A DNA stretch of 64,000 nucleotides. It comes from Alphaproteobacteria bacterium. Lineage in GTDB: Bacteria; Pseudomonadota; Alphaproteobacteria; RF32; CAG-239. A program made the position numbers and the translations under genes. The notes beneath the pieces were generated by a model, which did no database searches, had not been told where the DNA came from, and was given only the letters and a program-made list of their open reading frames with translations. This document shows, one piece after another, positions 27,489-38,432 of this stretch; the first letter of the stretch is position 1; each line of letters starts with the position of its first letter. The DNA lies in NCBI GenBank assembly GCA_016283295.1, contig JAEEMQ010000049.1, forward strand, positions 1,811 through 65,810, written 5' to 3'.

Positions 27489-29717
27489 ATGAAAAAAGAT
27501 ATGGCTACGTCTAAACCGAAAGTTTCTGTTGTTTTGGCGATTTATAATATGCAAGAATATCTGCCGAAATGCTTGAAATCTTTGATTAATCAGTCTCTCA
27601 AAGATATAGAAATTATCTGCGTTAATGACGGTTCTACCGATGATTGCTCAGCCATTTTAGAGTGTTTTGCCCGCAAAGATAAACGCATAAAAATCTTTAA
27701 CCAGGAAAACTGCGGGCCGGGTGTGGCGCGCAACAACGGTATAAGTAAAGCGACCGGTGAATACATCGGCTTTGTTGACCCTGACGATACAATCAAAGCA
27801 GATATGTATGAAAAAATGTATAATCAGGCGCAAAAACTGAATTCGGATATTGTGATTTGTGATTATGTACGTTATCAAACCTGGTCCGGCCACATAATTG
27901 CGCATAATGCTTTTGAAAAAGCGGTTAAATACATCAAAGCGGTGCCGCTCAATATTCCCGAAGGCGAAAACATTGACCGCGAAACTTTGTTGGATACGCT
28001 TCTGGTTTCGCCGTGTTATTCCGTAAACAGAATATACAGACGCTCGCTTTTGCAAAAAAACAACATCCGGTTTTCCGACAATATGTGTTATGAAGATTGC
28101 CCGCTTGTTTTGCAAAGCCATCTGTCGGCCAAAAACGTTTCTTTTTTGAATTATGCCGGCTATAATTACTTTTTGCGTAAGCAATCCATTGTACGCGCCT
28201 ATACCAAAAAATATCTGGACTTTTTTGAAATCACCGAAAAACTCAAGCATATTCTTGCCGAACACGGTCTTAGTGACAGAATGGCTCTGAACTTGCATTA
28301 TTTCAAAACCATGAATATGGCTTGGATCTACGACGGCCTTCCGGCTTCTGAGAAAAAATCGTTTATGAAATCGGCACGTAAATTTTTGACCGCTAAAGAA
28401 TTGTACGAAATGAAAAGACAATGCAAACTTCGGTTTAAAGATACGTTAAAGAGATTATTCGGCAAATGCGTTACGGTTACAAAAGCACCGCGGCACGATA
28501 TAGTCAAAATATTCAATATTACTTTTAAGATAAAACGCCGTTGCGGTCGCTTGGGAGCCGAACAGCATTATATTAACCTGGTGCGCAAAAATTATAAAAA
28601 GTACCCGAAAGACACATATTTGTTGTTTGACTGTTTGCATGATGCAACGGTAGAAGCAATCGACGCTTATTCTTTGTTTGAGAAAATGCGGGAAAAAGGG
28701 CTTCGTGCCTATTATGTGGTGCTTAAAAAAACCGCGCTTTATCAAAAATTGGCGGCCGAAAATAAGCTGGAAAATGTAATTGCTTTGAGTTTTTCCAGCC
28801 GCACTCATCCGAATGAATTTATGCAGAAAGTTCATGAAATTTTACTGCGTACAAAATACATCTTAACCTCGTTCGGCGAAAATTCCGGTACGACCGAAAT
28901 GTTTTTCCGCCGTCATCCGTCTTGGCAATATATCTTCTTACAACACGGACCGACTTATATGAAAGAAAGCGTATTGTACAACGGCTATTTGTATCCGGAA
29001 AAATATGATAAATTTTTGGTATGTTCCGACCGCGAAGAAGACCTTTGGTTAACATATAATTTTCCGCGAGAGAAGTTGCTCAAGGTCGGTTTGCCGCGTT
29101 GGGACTTATTAAAAAATCAGCCGAAACAAAAAGAGAAAAGCATTCTGTTGATGCTGACTTTCCGCCACCTCAATGCCGTTACCTTTGAGAGCTCACTTTA
29201 TAAAAAGAATCTGTTACGGTTGTTGCATAATCAAAAGTTGGCCGATTATCTGCAAAAAAATAAAATCACATTATATTTTGCGCCGCATCACGCCTTGATA
29301 AGTGAGATGAATATTGATTTTGATTTATCAAACGAAACCAACATCAAGATTGTTGAAAGCGACAAGATTTCACAATGCATCAGAAAATGCTCTTGTCTGA
29401 TAACCGATTTTTCTTCGGTGGCGTTTGATTTTATGTTTCAATATAAGCCGGTGGTATTTTATATGTTGGATAAGGGTGATCCTATATTGGAAAGTTATGA
29501 TGCTACCGACCTTGCCAGGTTTGATTATAAGCAATATATATTGCCTGATGTATTTTTTGACGAAGATGCTGCCGTCGAGCGGGTTATCGAATATTGCAAA
29601 AACAATTTCCAAACCGATGAGGTTACCCGCAAAATATACGATTCATTCTTCTATACCAAAGAAAATATCCGCGAGCTGCTGATTGAAAAATTGGAAGAAT
29701 CATACCCTAACAAGTAA
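27489..29717 (+). CDS. Fusion of a GT2 glycosyltransferase and a TagF-like CDP-glycerol glycerophosphotransferase
   Basis: N-terminus: VVLAIYNMQEYLPKCLKSLINQS, NDGSTDD and FVDPDD. C-terminus: LITDFSSVAFDFMFQYKPVVFYMLD, typical of the TagF/TagB family. Confidence 0.8.
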   Translation: MKKDMATSKPKVSVVLAIYNMQEYLPKCLKSLINQSLKDIEIICVNDGSTDDCSAILECFARKDKRIKIFNQENCGPGVARNNGISKATGEYIGFVDPDDTIKADMYEKMYNQAQKLNSDIVICDYVRYQTWSGHIIAHNAFEKAVKYIKAVPLNIPEGENIDRETLLDTLLVSPCYSVNRIYRRSLLQKNNIRFSDNMCYEDCPLVLQSHLSAKNVSFLNYAGYNYFLRKQSIVRAYTKKYLDFFEITEKLKHILAEHGLSDRMALNLHYFKTMNMAWIYDGLPASEKKSFMKSARKFLTAKELYEMKRQCKLRFKDTLKRLFGKCVTVTKAPRHDIVKIFNITFKIKRRCGRLGAEQHYINLVRKNYKKYPKDTYLLFDCLHDATVEAIDAYSLFEKMREKGLRAYYVVLKKTALYQKLAAENKLENVIALSFSSRTHPNEFMQKVHEILLRTKYILTSFGENSGTTEMFFRRHPSWQYIFLQHGPTYMKESVLYNGYLYPEKYDKFLVCSDREEDLWLTYNFPREKLLKVGLPRWDLLKNQPKQKEKSILLMLTFRHLNAVTFESSLYKKNLLRLLHNQKLADYLQKNKITLYFAPHHALISEMNIDFDLSNETNIKIVESDKISQCIRKCSCLITDFSSVAFDFMFQYKPVVFYMLDKGDPILESYDATDLARFDYKQYILPDVFFDEDAAVERVIEYCKNNFQTDEVTRKIYDSFFYTKENIRELLIEKLEESYPNK

Positions 29718-29831
29718 AGATTTAAGAAGTATCATATAAACCGTTCGATTTTATCTCATTGTTTCAGATTAAAACCGATTACGTCTCCGTATCTTACGGT
29801 GTGATTAAAAAATAAATACTGATAACATAAC

Positions 29832-29866
29832 AAAAACAGCCGGGTTAAACCGGCCGTTTTTATTTT
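29832..29866. terminator. Bidirectional terminator between the GT2-TagF gene and prfA
   Basis: AAAAA-CAGCCGG-GTTAAA-CCGGCCG-TTTTTATTTT. Confidence 0.6.
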
Positions 29867-29880
29867 ACCCAGCTGTAGTT

Positions 29881-30951
29881 TTAATCCATCTCGGCAAGTC
29901 TGGCGGCTTGGTCTTCGGCAATCAGCGCGTCGATGATTTCATTCAGCGCCTCGCCCGAAACCACTTCTTCCAGCTTATACAGGGTCAGATTTATCCGATG
30001 GTCGGTAACGCGGCCCTGCGGATAGTTATAAGTACGAATGCGCTCGCTGCGGTCGCCGCTGCCGACTTGCAACTTGCGCTTTTCCGAATAGTTGGCGTCG
30101 ATTTTGGCCTTCTGCTCGTCATAAAGTTTGGCGCGCAAGTGGTTCATCGCCTTTTCTTTGTTTTTAAACTGCGAGCGGTCATCCTGACATTGTACCACTA
30201 CACCGGTCGGAATATGGGTAATACGCACCGCTGACTCGGTACGGTTAACGTGCTGACCGCCGGCACCCGACGCGCGATACACATCGATTTTCAAATCAGC
30301 CGGATTAATATATAAATCAACTTCTTCAATTTCCGGCAAAACCGCCACCGTGGCCGCCGAAGTGTGTACCCTGCCCTGCGACTCGGTTACCGGAACGCGC
30401 TGTACGCGATGCGCACCCGATTCAAACTTGAGCTTGGCAAACACATCTTTACCGGTAATGCGCGCCGAGGCCTCTTTATAGCCGCCGATACCGTTTTCGT
30501 TAGAATCGAGAATTTCGAACTGCCAGCCCTGTTTTTGCGCATAGCGCTGATACATCTCAAACAGCACCGCGGCAAACAACGCGGCTTCATCGCCGCCGGT
30601 GCCTGCCCGCACTTCCAAAATGGCGTTTTTCTCATCGTCGCTGTCTTTCGGCAACAACATTACTTTGATTTCCTTTTCCAAAAGCGGCAACTGCTCTTTG
30701 GCCTCATAATATTCGGCTTCAGCCATTTCGCGCATTTCTTTATCGAGCGTTGCGTCTTCCATCATCGCCTTGTCGTCGGCCATCATTTGTTGATGATGCT
30801 GGTATTTATGGATTACCTCAACCACCGGCTCTAAGGTTGAAAGTTCCTTATTGAGCTTTACCAATTCCTCGGTCGAAACGTCAGAAGCGAGCAAAGCCTG
30901 CACTTCTTCAAAACGATTAACCACATTTGCCAGTTTTTCATCTAAATTCAT
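29881..30951 (-). CDS. prfA: Peptide chain release factor 1
   Basis: GGQ motif (SGAGGQHVN) and the RF1-type P-V-T tripeptide. Confidence 0.95.
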   Translation of the reverse strand: MNLDEKLANVVNRFEEVQALLASDVSTEELVKLNKELSTLEPVVEVIHKYQHHQQMMADDKAMMEDATLDKEMREMAEAEYYEAKEQLPLLEKEIKVMLLPKDSDDEKNAILEVRAGTGGDEAALFAAVLFEMYQRYAQKQGWQFEILDSNENGIGGYKEASARITGKDVFAKLKFESGAHRVQRVPVTESQGRVHTSAATVAVLPEIEEVDLYINPADLKIDVYRASGAGGQHVNRTESAVRITHIPTGVVVQCQDDRSQFKNKEKAMNHLRAKLYDEQKAKIDANYSEKRKLQVGSGDRSERIRTYNYPQGRVTDHRINLTLYKLEEVVSGEALNEIIDALIAEDQAARLAEMD

Positions 30952-32186
30952 TATTGCAATTCCTCAACCAATTTTGCCAAAGCCACCGTCTTTTGGTCGC
31001 CGCTGTCCAAATCTTTAATGGTTACCGTCTTATCCGCCAGTTCGTCCGAACCGATAATCACGGCCTTGCAGGCATTAACCTTATTGGCTTTCATCATGCG
31101 TTTTTTCATATTGCCGCTGTAACTCTGTTCCACCGAAAAACCGGCCAAACGTAACTCGTGAGCAATTTTGAGCGCGGCCTCGGCAGTGTCGTCTCCCACC
31201 GGGATTACCGCAATCGGCCGCGGCAAAGATACGTTTTTTTCCAACAGCATGGCCAAACGTTCAACCCCGCCGGCCCAACCGATACCGGCAACTTCGCCGC
31301 CGCCCATCTGCGCCACCAGCCCGTTATAGCGGCCGCCGGCCAAAACCGTACCCTGCGCCCCGAGCTTGTCGGTAGTGAGCTCAAATACCGTGTGCGAATA
31401 ATAATCCAAACCGCGCACCAACCGGTTGTTAATGCGATATTTGATACCGAGCATATCCAGCCCTTTCAGCACCGCGGCAAAAAATTGCTTTGAAGCTTCG
31501 TTTAAGCTGTCGGCATACAGCGGCGCGTTTTCCACCACCGCTTTATCACATTCTTCTTTAGAATCGAGCACCCGCAACGGATTTTTTTCCAAACGGTTTT
31601 TACTGTCTTCGGAAAGCTCATTATAATGCTTTTGCAAATACGCCACCAATTTTTCGCGATATGCGGCACGACTTTCGGCATCTCCCAAGGAGTTGATTTC
31701 TACCGTAACCTGTCCGCTTAAGCCGAGTTTTTCCAAAAACTCATAAGCCATGGCAATAACTTCAATATCGGCTTGCGGCGTTTCCACTCCGAGCAGTTCA
31801 ACTCCGAATTGAGTAAATTGGCGCTGACGTCCTTTTTGCGGACGTTCATAGCGAAACATCGGACCGGTATAATAAAACTTGACCGGCAGATTTTGCTGCA
31901 TTCCGTTAGAAACAAACGCACGCACCACGCCGGCCGTGCCCTCCGGACGCAGAGTGAGACTTTCGCCGCCCTTATCTTCAAAGCAATACATTTCTTTGGT
32001 GACAATATCCGAGGTATCGCCCAAATTGCGGGCAAACACTTCCGTAAATTCGAAAATCGGCGTTTCGATTTCCTCAAAGCCGTATTTTTCCACCACCTCT
32101 GAGCCGACGCTCACGACTTTTTTCATTTTTCGCTTGGCGGCACCGTATAAATCATAAGTGCCGCGCACACATTGTACCTTTTCCAT
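30951..32186 (-). CDS. hisS: Histidine--tRNA ligase
   Basis: [27 protein letters not shown] and [12 protein letters not shown]. Confidence 0.92.
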   Translation of the reverse strand: MEKVQCVRGTYDLYGAAKRKMKKVVSVGSEVVEKYGFEEIETPIFEFTEVFARNLGDTSDIVTKEMYCFEDKGGESLTLRPEGTAGVVRAFVSNGMQQNLPVKFYYTGPMFRYERPQKGRQRQFTQFGVELLGVETPQADIEVIAMAYEFLEKLGLSGQVTVEINSLGDAESRAAYREKLVAYLQKHYNELSEDSKNRLEKNPLRVLDSKEECDKAVVENAPLYADSLNEASKQFFAAVLKGLDMLGIKYRINNRLVRGLDYYSHTVFELTTDKLGAQGTVLAGGRYNGLVAQMGGGEVAGIGWAGGVERLAMLLEKNVSLPRPIAVIPVGDDTAEAALKIAHELRLAGFSVEQSYSGNMKKRMMKANKVNACKAVIIGSDELADKTVTIKDLDSGDQKTVALAKLVEELQ

Positions 32187-32194
32187 ATAATCCT

Positions 32195-33127
32195 CTAGTT
32201 ATTTGTTTTTATCAAAAAGCTGTCCAAACTGACGCGTTTATTGTTCAATACCGATACTACCTTAACCGGCTTATCATCAACATAAAAAGTTGCGCTGCGC
32301 GGTCTGCCTACGGTAATGGTCAGGCCTTCTTCCTGCGGAATATTATAGCTGAAACCTCTTTTATATACCGAGCCGCGAAGCACGGTTTTGTCGCCTTTTT
32401 TGATTTCCACCCAGGACGGGCCGCTCAAAACCATCCGCATTTGATGGAATTTACTTACCGGTGCCGCTTCGGCCTCCGTTTCTTCGGCGCTTTCTTCTAC
32501 GGTTTCCTCAACCTCCGCTTCCGGTTCGTCATCCTCTATTTCGGAAACAATGTCTTGCAAGGTTGCCGCCGGTTGCTCATCGTCCGGCTCAATAGCTTCT
32601 TCCGTATTTTCGATTTCTTCCGGCTCTTCCGCGGTTGCGATTTCATCTTCATCCGTTGCATTTTCTTCAGCCACTATTACCGGCTCCGGAATAACATCGG
32701 CCGCATCTTCCTGAAAATCCTCCACCGGTTCGCTCAACGGCAAAACCGACCATATAACAAACAACACTGCCAAGCCGCAAATACCGAAAAATATATGCTT
32801 CAAACGCGGTTTGGAAGAAGCGGTATGGGCAACTTTTTCGCTGATTCTTTCTTCTTTATTTTCGTGAAAAGATTGCTGATAAGAAGATACGATACGGTCG
32901 CTGTTCAAGCCCACCGTTTCGGCATAAGCGCGGATAAATCCGATTCCGAACGGACGCGGCGGAATGTTGGCAAAATCCATTTCTTCGATGGCCGTAACAT
33001 AAGCTTTGCGAATACACAATTCTTCGGCAATATCGGCTTCGCTTTTACCTGCTTTCAAACGCGCCTCGCGCAGCATTGCGCCCACGGTTTGGATTTCTTC
33101 CTGTTGTTGTTCTGTTTCTTTTGTCAC
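32195..33127 (-). CDS. rodZ: RodZ-like protein (HTH, TM segment, DUF4115)
   Basis: XRE-type HTH (VGAMLREARLKAGKSEADIAEEL), one TM segment, an acidic linker and a C-terminal DUF4115-like beta domain. Confidence 0.7.
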   Translation of the reverse strand: MTKETEQQQEEIQTVGAMLREARLKAGKSEADIAEELCIRKAYVTAIEEMDFANIPPRPFGIGFIRAYAETVGLNSDRIVSSYQQSFHENKEERISEKVAHTASSKPRLKHIFFGICGLAVLFVIWSVLPLSEPVEDFQEDAADVIPEPVIVAEENATDEDEIATAEEPEEIENTEEAIEPDDEQPAATLQDIVSEIEDDEPEAEVEETVEESAEETEAEAAPVSKFHQMRMVLSGPSWVEIKKGDKTVLRGSVYKRGFSYNIPQEEGLTITVGRPRSATFYVDDKPVKVVSVLNNKRVSLDSFLIKTNN

Positions 33128-33166
33128 GTTTTTTCTCCTGTTGTTGTGCGGCTTATATCATAAAAA

Positions 33167-35401
33167 TTATTCAATTGCAATAGCGTGATCGTAGGCATAC
33201 GCCGTTAATTGCGGCCGAATACTGGTTTTCGGAGATTTCATCAGGGTTTTGATATAATCTTCGACATCTTCGGTGTTCATGGAACGTATCATATTTTTGA
33301 TTTGGGCAAAACGCGCTCCGGAGACCGATAAATTGCGATATCCCAAACCGATAAGCGCCATCGCTTCCAACGGGTTGCTGGCCATTTCACCGCAAACCGA
33401 ACAATGCACCCGGTATTGCATGGCCTTATCCACGATTTTTTTCATTAACTTCAAGAACGGCGCCGAAAGCACGTCATAACGGTTGGACAGCCGCGGATTG
33501 CCGCGGTCGCAGGCAAACACAAACTGATACAAATCGTTGGTGCCGACCGAGATAAAATCAACTTCTTGCAACAACTCGTCAAGCTGGAACAACACCGACG
33601 GAACCTCAATCATTATACCGACTTTCACTTCGCGTGCCGTCGGTTTTTTACGCTGTTGCTCGCGTTCGTATTCCAACATCAGCGTTTCTTTGGCTTCCAA
33701 AAATTCCTGCAGCGAAGAAACCATCGGAAACATCACGTTCAGCTCTTTGCCGGCGGCGGCACGGAGCATGGCGCGAATCTGCTGACGCAACAGGGCGCGC
33801 CGGTCCAACGTAATGCGAATCGAACGCCAACCGAGCGCCGGATTTTCCTCTTTCATTTCGCCCCAATACGGCAAAAATTTATCCGAGCCGACATCCAAGC
33901 TGCGGAAAAATATCTTTTTGCTGCCCATGGCATCAAACAATTTTTTGTATTGCTTTTCCTGGCTTTCCACATCCGGCATTTTATCGGCCGACATAAAAGT
34001 AATTTCGGTACGATACAGCCCGATACCGTCGCAATTTGTCGGTTTGAGATATTCATAATCCAAGTCCAAGCCGTAATTCATCGCCAAACTGATTTTTATA
34101 TTATCCAAAGTTACCGTCGGTTTGTTCTTGAGTTTTTCGAGTTCGGCAAAAACTTTGTGCAAACGCACCGATTTTTTCTGGTATTCGGTAATCTGTTTTT
34201 CGCTCGGGTGCGTATATACCATGGCCTCGCTGCCGTTAACGGCGATGACCTCTCCGACCTTGATTTCTTTCAAAATCCCGTGAATCTTGGCAATTACCGG
34301 AATATTCAGCGCTTTGGCCACAATCACCACGTGCATGGTCGGAGTACAATCTTCAATTATAAGACCGCGGATGTTTTCGTATTTATAGTCCATCAAATCC
34401 GACGGGCCCATGGTTTGGGCAATAATCACTATATCTTCATCCGGCGCTATTTGTGCCGCGGATTGATTATCGCCGGCGATAAACGCCCGCAACCGGTCGG
34501 AAACATCGCGCAAATCATAAAGTCTTTCTTTAAGATAAGGGTCATTGGTGGCGGAAAGTTTGTTCCACATATCTTCATAAACATGCTCCACCGCCGCCTC
34601 GGCCGTATAGCCTTTTTCAATATCGTTGTTGATTTTTTTATACCACCCCTTATCCTGGGCAAACATCCGATATGCTTCCATAATTTCGGTAGTGTTGCCG
34701 ATATAGTTGCCGGCCTGGTCGATTTTATCGTTGAAATAATCAACCATACGTTGCCGCCCTTCCTCAAGCTTGGATTTTTCCAGCTCGATGTTGTCGGTAA
34801 AGATGTTGACCAGTTCGCGATGACGGTGATGCAACACCGCTTTGCCGACGCCGTAACCCTTATTGAGACTCGTACCGTGCAAAGCATCTCGCACCACAAT
34901 ACCTTTTTCACGAATAATTTGATTACGAAATTCCAAAAATTCTCTGTGACCGAACAAATCCGGCAATGCCAACGCCAGAGTTTCGGCTTTTTCCACCTCG
35001 GCATCGTCAAACGCGTCAGCTCCCGACTTTGTAAGCACCAAAGCGCCGATAGTCAGGTTCATACGGGTTACCGGAATGCTGAGCAACGTAATATTCTGCG
35101 CCTGCAGAGTTTCGCGAATGGTGCGCTTGCTGGCGGCGCTGCGACCGATACAGTCTTCATTGTAGCGGATATTGGATTTATAATTCTGTGCCTTCCACTC
35201 GCCCACCAATTCCAGATAATTTTCATCAACGGTGGCATACAGTAAAGCCGAATCAGCCTTAGTCGAATCGACAAAGGCTTTAAGTATTTTATTTAGCTTT
35301 TCCGGCATAGTCCTGGATTTAAGCAATTCGGTACTGATTAAACGCTGAATTGCCAATGCCTCGCTGATTGCCGCCGATATTTGCATCTGAATACCTGTCA
35401 A
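33167..35401 (-). CDS. ptsP: PEP-protein phosphotransferase EI-Ntr (GAF domain plus enzyme I)
   Basis: N-terminal GAF-like domain, phospho-His region (PTMHVVIVAKAL) and C-terminal GTNDLYQF. Start is either TTG at 35401 or ATG at 35386. Confidence 0.88.
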   Translation of the reverse strand: MTGIQMQISAAISEALAIQRLISTELLKSRTMPEKLNKILKAFVDSTKADSALLYATVDENYLELVGEWKAQNYKSNIRYNEDCIGRSAASKRTIRETLQAQNITLLSIPVTRMNLTIGALVLTKSGADAFDDAEVEKAETLALALPDLFGHREFLEFRNQIIREKGIVVRDALHGTSLNKGYGVGKAVLHHRHRELVNIFTDNIELEKSKLEEGRQRMVDYFNDKIDQAGNYIGNTTEIMEAYRMFAQDKGWYKKINNDIEKGYTAEAAVEHVYEDMWNKLSATNDPYLKERLYDLRDVSDRLRAFIAGDNQSAAQIAPDEDIVIIAQTMGPSDLMDYKYENIRGLIIEDCTPTMHVVIVAKALNIPVIAKIHGILKEIKVGEVIAVNGSEAMVYTHPSEKQITEYQKKSVRLHKVFAELEKLKNKPTVTLDNIKISLAMNYGLDLDYEYLKPTNCDGIGLYRTEITFMSADKMPDVESQEKQYKKLFDAMGSKKIFFRSLDVGSDKFLPYWGEMKEENPALGWRSIRITLDRRALLRQQIRAMLRAAAGKELNVMFPMVSSLQEFLEAKETLMLEYEREQQRKKPTAREVKVGIMIEVPSVLFQLDELLQEVDFISVGTNDLYQFVFACDRGNPRLSNRYDVLSAPFLKLMKKIVDKAMQYRVHCSVCGEMASNPLEAMALIGLGYRNLSVSGARFAQIKNMIRSMNTEDVEDYIKTLMKSPKTSIRPQLTAYAYDHAIAIE

Positions 35402-35472
35402 ATTATTGTTGCAACATTTGTTTTATTGTTATACTAGATTTTTACTGATGTAAACTAAAAAAGGAGTTAAAA

Positions 35473-35838
35473 ATGGCGAATAATTATGCACGCGGACAAC
35501 ATGATGTCCGTCCGTGGGGAACCTGGGAAGTTATCGATTGCGGCAACGGCTTTTGTGTTAAGCACATTACGGTTAATGCCGGCGGAATTCTCTCATTGCA
35601 ACTGCACCATCACCGGGCGGAACATTGGATTATGGTTAACGGCACTGCCACTGTTACGCTCGGCGAGCAACAAATCGAGAAAAAGGCCGGCGAATCGGTG
35701 TTTATTGGTGTGGAAACAAAACATCGCATTCAAAACAATACAACTCAACCGTTGGAATTTATCGAAGTGCAGGTCGGCGAAAATTTGGATGAAAACGATA
35801 TTGTGCGTTTAGAAGACAAATACGGCCGTATCGGCTGA
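35473..35838 (+). CDS. Stand-alone cupin, resembling the C-terminal domain of type II mannose-6-phosphate isomerase
   Basis: RPWGTWEVI...VKHITVNAGGILSLQLHHHRAEHWIMVNGTA. AAGGAG SD. Confidence 0.7.
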   Translation: MANNYARGQHDVRPWGTWEVIDCGNGFCVKHITVNAGGILSLQLHHHRAEHWIMVNGTATVTLGEQQIEKKAGESVFIGVETKHRIQNNTTQPLEFIEVQVGENLDENDIVRLEDKYGRIG

Positions 35839-35936
35839 CCTTATTATCTGTGCATAACTTTATGCATAACTGCAGAATCCCCTTGAACTTTTTTAAAGGT
35901 TAATGAATCCTTAAGCAAGTTTTGGGGGATTTTTAT

Positions 35937-36353
35937 ATGTCTGACAGCGATAATTTTGATTTCAGTGTTGTGCAAACCGGCGATGTAATGGTGTCGGCTT
36001 ATCCGGAGCAACTGGACTGCGACGACAGCAGACGCGAGCTGTGGGCCTATTGCCTCAGAATAGAAAACAATTCCAACCAGCGTATTCGCTTGTTAAGGCG
36101 TAATTTTTGCATTACCGACAGTTTCGGGCAAAATCATTATGACTTAAGCGAAGGCTTTGACGGCGAAATTCCGGATTTGGAGCCGGGAGAATGTTTTGAA
36201 TTTGAGGACACCGCAGTTATTGACGGTCGCGCCGCCGTACTCTACGGCAGTTGTGTTGCCGCCAAAGACGACGGTACGGTTTTCAACATAGATATTCCGC
36301 TGATGCAACTCAGTACGGCGAATCCGTTGCCGAGCAAATTTTTGATTAACTGA
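35937..36353 (+). CDS. apaG: ApaG (DUF525) protein
   Basis: GEIPDLEPGECFEFEDTAVI pattern. About 138 aa from the ATG at 35937. Confidence 0.75.
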   Translation: MSDSDNFDFSVVQTGDVMVSAYPEQLDCDDSRRELWAYCLRIENNSNQRIRLLRRNFCITDSFGQNHYDLSEGFDGEIPDLEPGECFEFEDTAVIDGRAAVLYGSCVAAKDDGTVFNIDIPLMQLSTANPLPSKFLIN

Positions 36354-36387
36354 AAAACGCCGGAAAAATCCGGCGTTTTATTTTTTA
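36354..36387. terminator. Bidirectional terminator
   Basis: AACGCCGGA-AAAA-TCCGGCGTT flanked by A- and T-runs. Confidence 0.75.
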
Positions 36388-38271
36388 ATGCTCATTACGT
36401 TTGATTGATAAATCATCCAACGTTTTTAACAATTCTTCATCTTGCAGCTGAATAAGCTCGTTGTTCTCAATACCGTTTTCTATTTTCTGCTCTACTGCAT
36501 TTTTATCGATTGTTTCGGCATCTTCCTTAAAGACCAGAGCATGTCGCCATTGAAAAACCGCTTCGTTTTTACGGCCGCCCATCCAATAAGCATCGCCCAG
36601 GTGGTCGCTGATGGCGGCATTACCGGAATTAAGGTCTGAGGCCTGTTCCAAAAAGCGGATGGCTTTGTCGTATTGTCCGAGCTTAAAATAAACCCAACCG
36701 AGGCTGTCCATAATGTGTCCGTCATACGGATATTGCCGATATGCTTCCAAAATCATGGCAACCGCATCGTCGGGATTTTTATTTTCAACCAACCAGGAAT
36801 ATCCGAGATAATTCAACACATTCGGGTCGCGGTTGCTGAGTTCCAACGCTTTTTGCAAATTGGCTTCGGATTTATCTTTTTGATTCATCCGGTCGTACGA
36901 AATCGCCATGGCATAATAAATCGGCCAGTTGCTCGGCTGCTCCTGCTTCATACTCGCCAGCGCCTGCTGATACAGTTTCACGGCTTCGGCATCTTTGTGC
37001 TGATTACTGTTGATACCGGCCAAATCGCTCAAAAGCTGAGTGTTGTCAGGATAGCTTTGCAACAAAATTTTCAGCTGATTTTCCGCCGCATCGTATTCTT
37101 CCATCGAATTATAGTTTTCAATCATTTTCAGCCGCGCAATAAAATACGAACCGGAATCTTTGCCGATTTGCGCATAATATTTGTTGGCTTCTTTAAGCAT
37201 ACCGGATTCCTCCAATACGTTGGCCAGCGCAATTTTAGAAACTTCGTATTCCGGATTGAGGTACGACGAAGTTGCTATATAAAATTGGGCAATATCGCCG
37301 CCGTTGTGCGCAGATCTGAACAGGGTGCCGACATTAAACAGCGCTTCGGACAAACCCTTTTGCGGCGTATCAATAACCGGTGCGGTTGCGGCATTGGCAT
37401 TATCGATTTTTATTTCGATATCTTTAAGCAACATCGACAATAAACCTTCGTCGTTATAATGTCCCAAAAGCCGCAAAGCATCTTCCTTATTGCCAAGACG
37501 CACATAAAAATTGGTGATTACTTCCAAAACACGATAAGTTACGTCTTTGGGATATCTCTGCACAATCGCGGCATAGCATTCCGAGGCTTTTTCTTTGTTG
37601 CCGAGATAGTCGTAAATCATCCCCTTATGAAACAATTTCATAACATTCAGCGACGGGTCGTTGGCAATACTGTCGATGGCGGCGATTGCCTTTTCTTCAT
37701 TGTGTTCGCCGGCATAAGCCCAAGCATTAAACAGCGGATTAACCAGCCCCACATAGAGTCTGTCGTCGACCGTAGCCATAACATCGCGTGCGGCGGCATA
37801 ATTTTTATCGGCAAATTCTTTGACCGCCACCACCATCGGCGCCAGCAACTCTCTTTTTTCCGACTCCATTTCTTTGCGGGCATAAGGAACCGCCCTGTCT
37901 ATTTGCCCCAACGAAGTCAAAATAACATATACCGTACGGTTGAGCGGCACGTTGTCTTTGTCTTTATCTATGGCGATTTTATAATATTCGGCGGCATTTT
38001 CAAAATCTTGCCGCAAGTGTGCCACCCGGCCGGCCAAATAAGCGCCGTATTGCGATTTTGTGCCATAAAAAGAAATGGTTTGGTCCGGATTTTTCTTAGC
38101 GATAAAATCCTGATATTGCCAATATCCGTCGGCATCAAATTCCGGAACAATACTCACCGACGAATTCCATTTTTCCCACAGCGGCAAATCGCGAATATTC
38201 TGCCGCAACGGCCACATTGCGGCGCAGATCACGGCTATTATACATACGGTTCTTATCAACATTTTCATCAT
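36385..38271 (-). CDS. TPR-repeat protein with N-terminal membrane anchor or signal (628 aa)
   Basis: Many TPR-like A..Y..A....P repeats. Hydrophobic N-terminus. Confidence 0.75.
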   Translation of the reverse strand: MMKMLIRTVCIIAVICAAMWPLRQNIRDLPLWEKWNSSVSIVPEFDADGYWQYQDFIAKKNPDQTISFYGTKSQYGAYLAGRVAHLRQDFENAAEYYKIAIDKDKDNVPLNRTVYVILTSLGQIDRAVPYARKEMESEKRELLAPMVVAVKEFADKNYAAARDVMATVDDRLYVGLVNPLFNAWAYAGEHNEEKAIAAIDSIANDPSLNVMKLFHKGMIYDYLGNKEKASECYAAIVQRYPKDVTYRVLEVITNFYVRLGNKEDALRLLGHYNDEGLLSMLLKDIEIKIDNANAATAPVIDTPQKGLSEALFNVGTLFRSAHNGGDIAQFYIATSSYLNPEYEVSKIALANVLEESGMLKEANKYYAQIGKDSGSYFIARLKMIENYNSMEEYDAAENQLKILLQSYPDNTQLLSDLAGINSNQHKDAEAVKLYQQALASMKQEQPSNWPIYYAMAISYDRMNQKDKSEANLQKALELSNRDPNVLNYLGYSWLVENKNPDDAVAMILEAYRQYPYDGHIMDSLGWVYFKLGQYDKAIRFLEQASDLNSGNAAISDHLGDAYWMGGRKNEAVFQWRHALVFKEDAETIDKNAVEQKIENGIENNELIQLQDEELLKTLDDLSIKRNEH

Positions 38272-38432
38272 AACTCTTTACCTTAAAACCCAAATTATCG
38301 TCACTATAATATAAATTTTATTTATTAGCAATGAGTAAAAATTTATCAACAACTGTTTATATATACCGCAAAAGATATTCTTTGTATTGCAAAAAAAAAT
38401 ATTTCCGCATATATTGAAACGGTGGAGTGAAA

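Noticed and set aside
33566-35245. 559-aa ORF on the plus strand
   Set aside because: It is entirely antisense to the well-supported ptsP gene. The sequence is low complexity (Phe/Ile/Arg-rich), has no RBS and has typical shadow-ORF composition.
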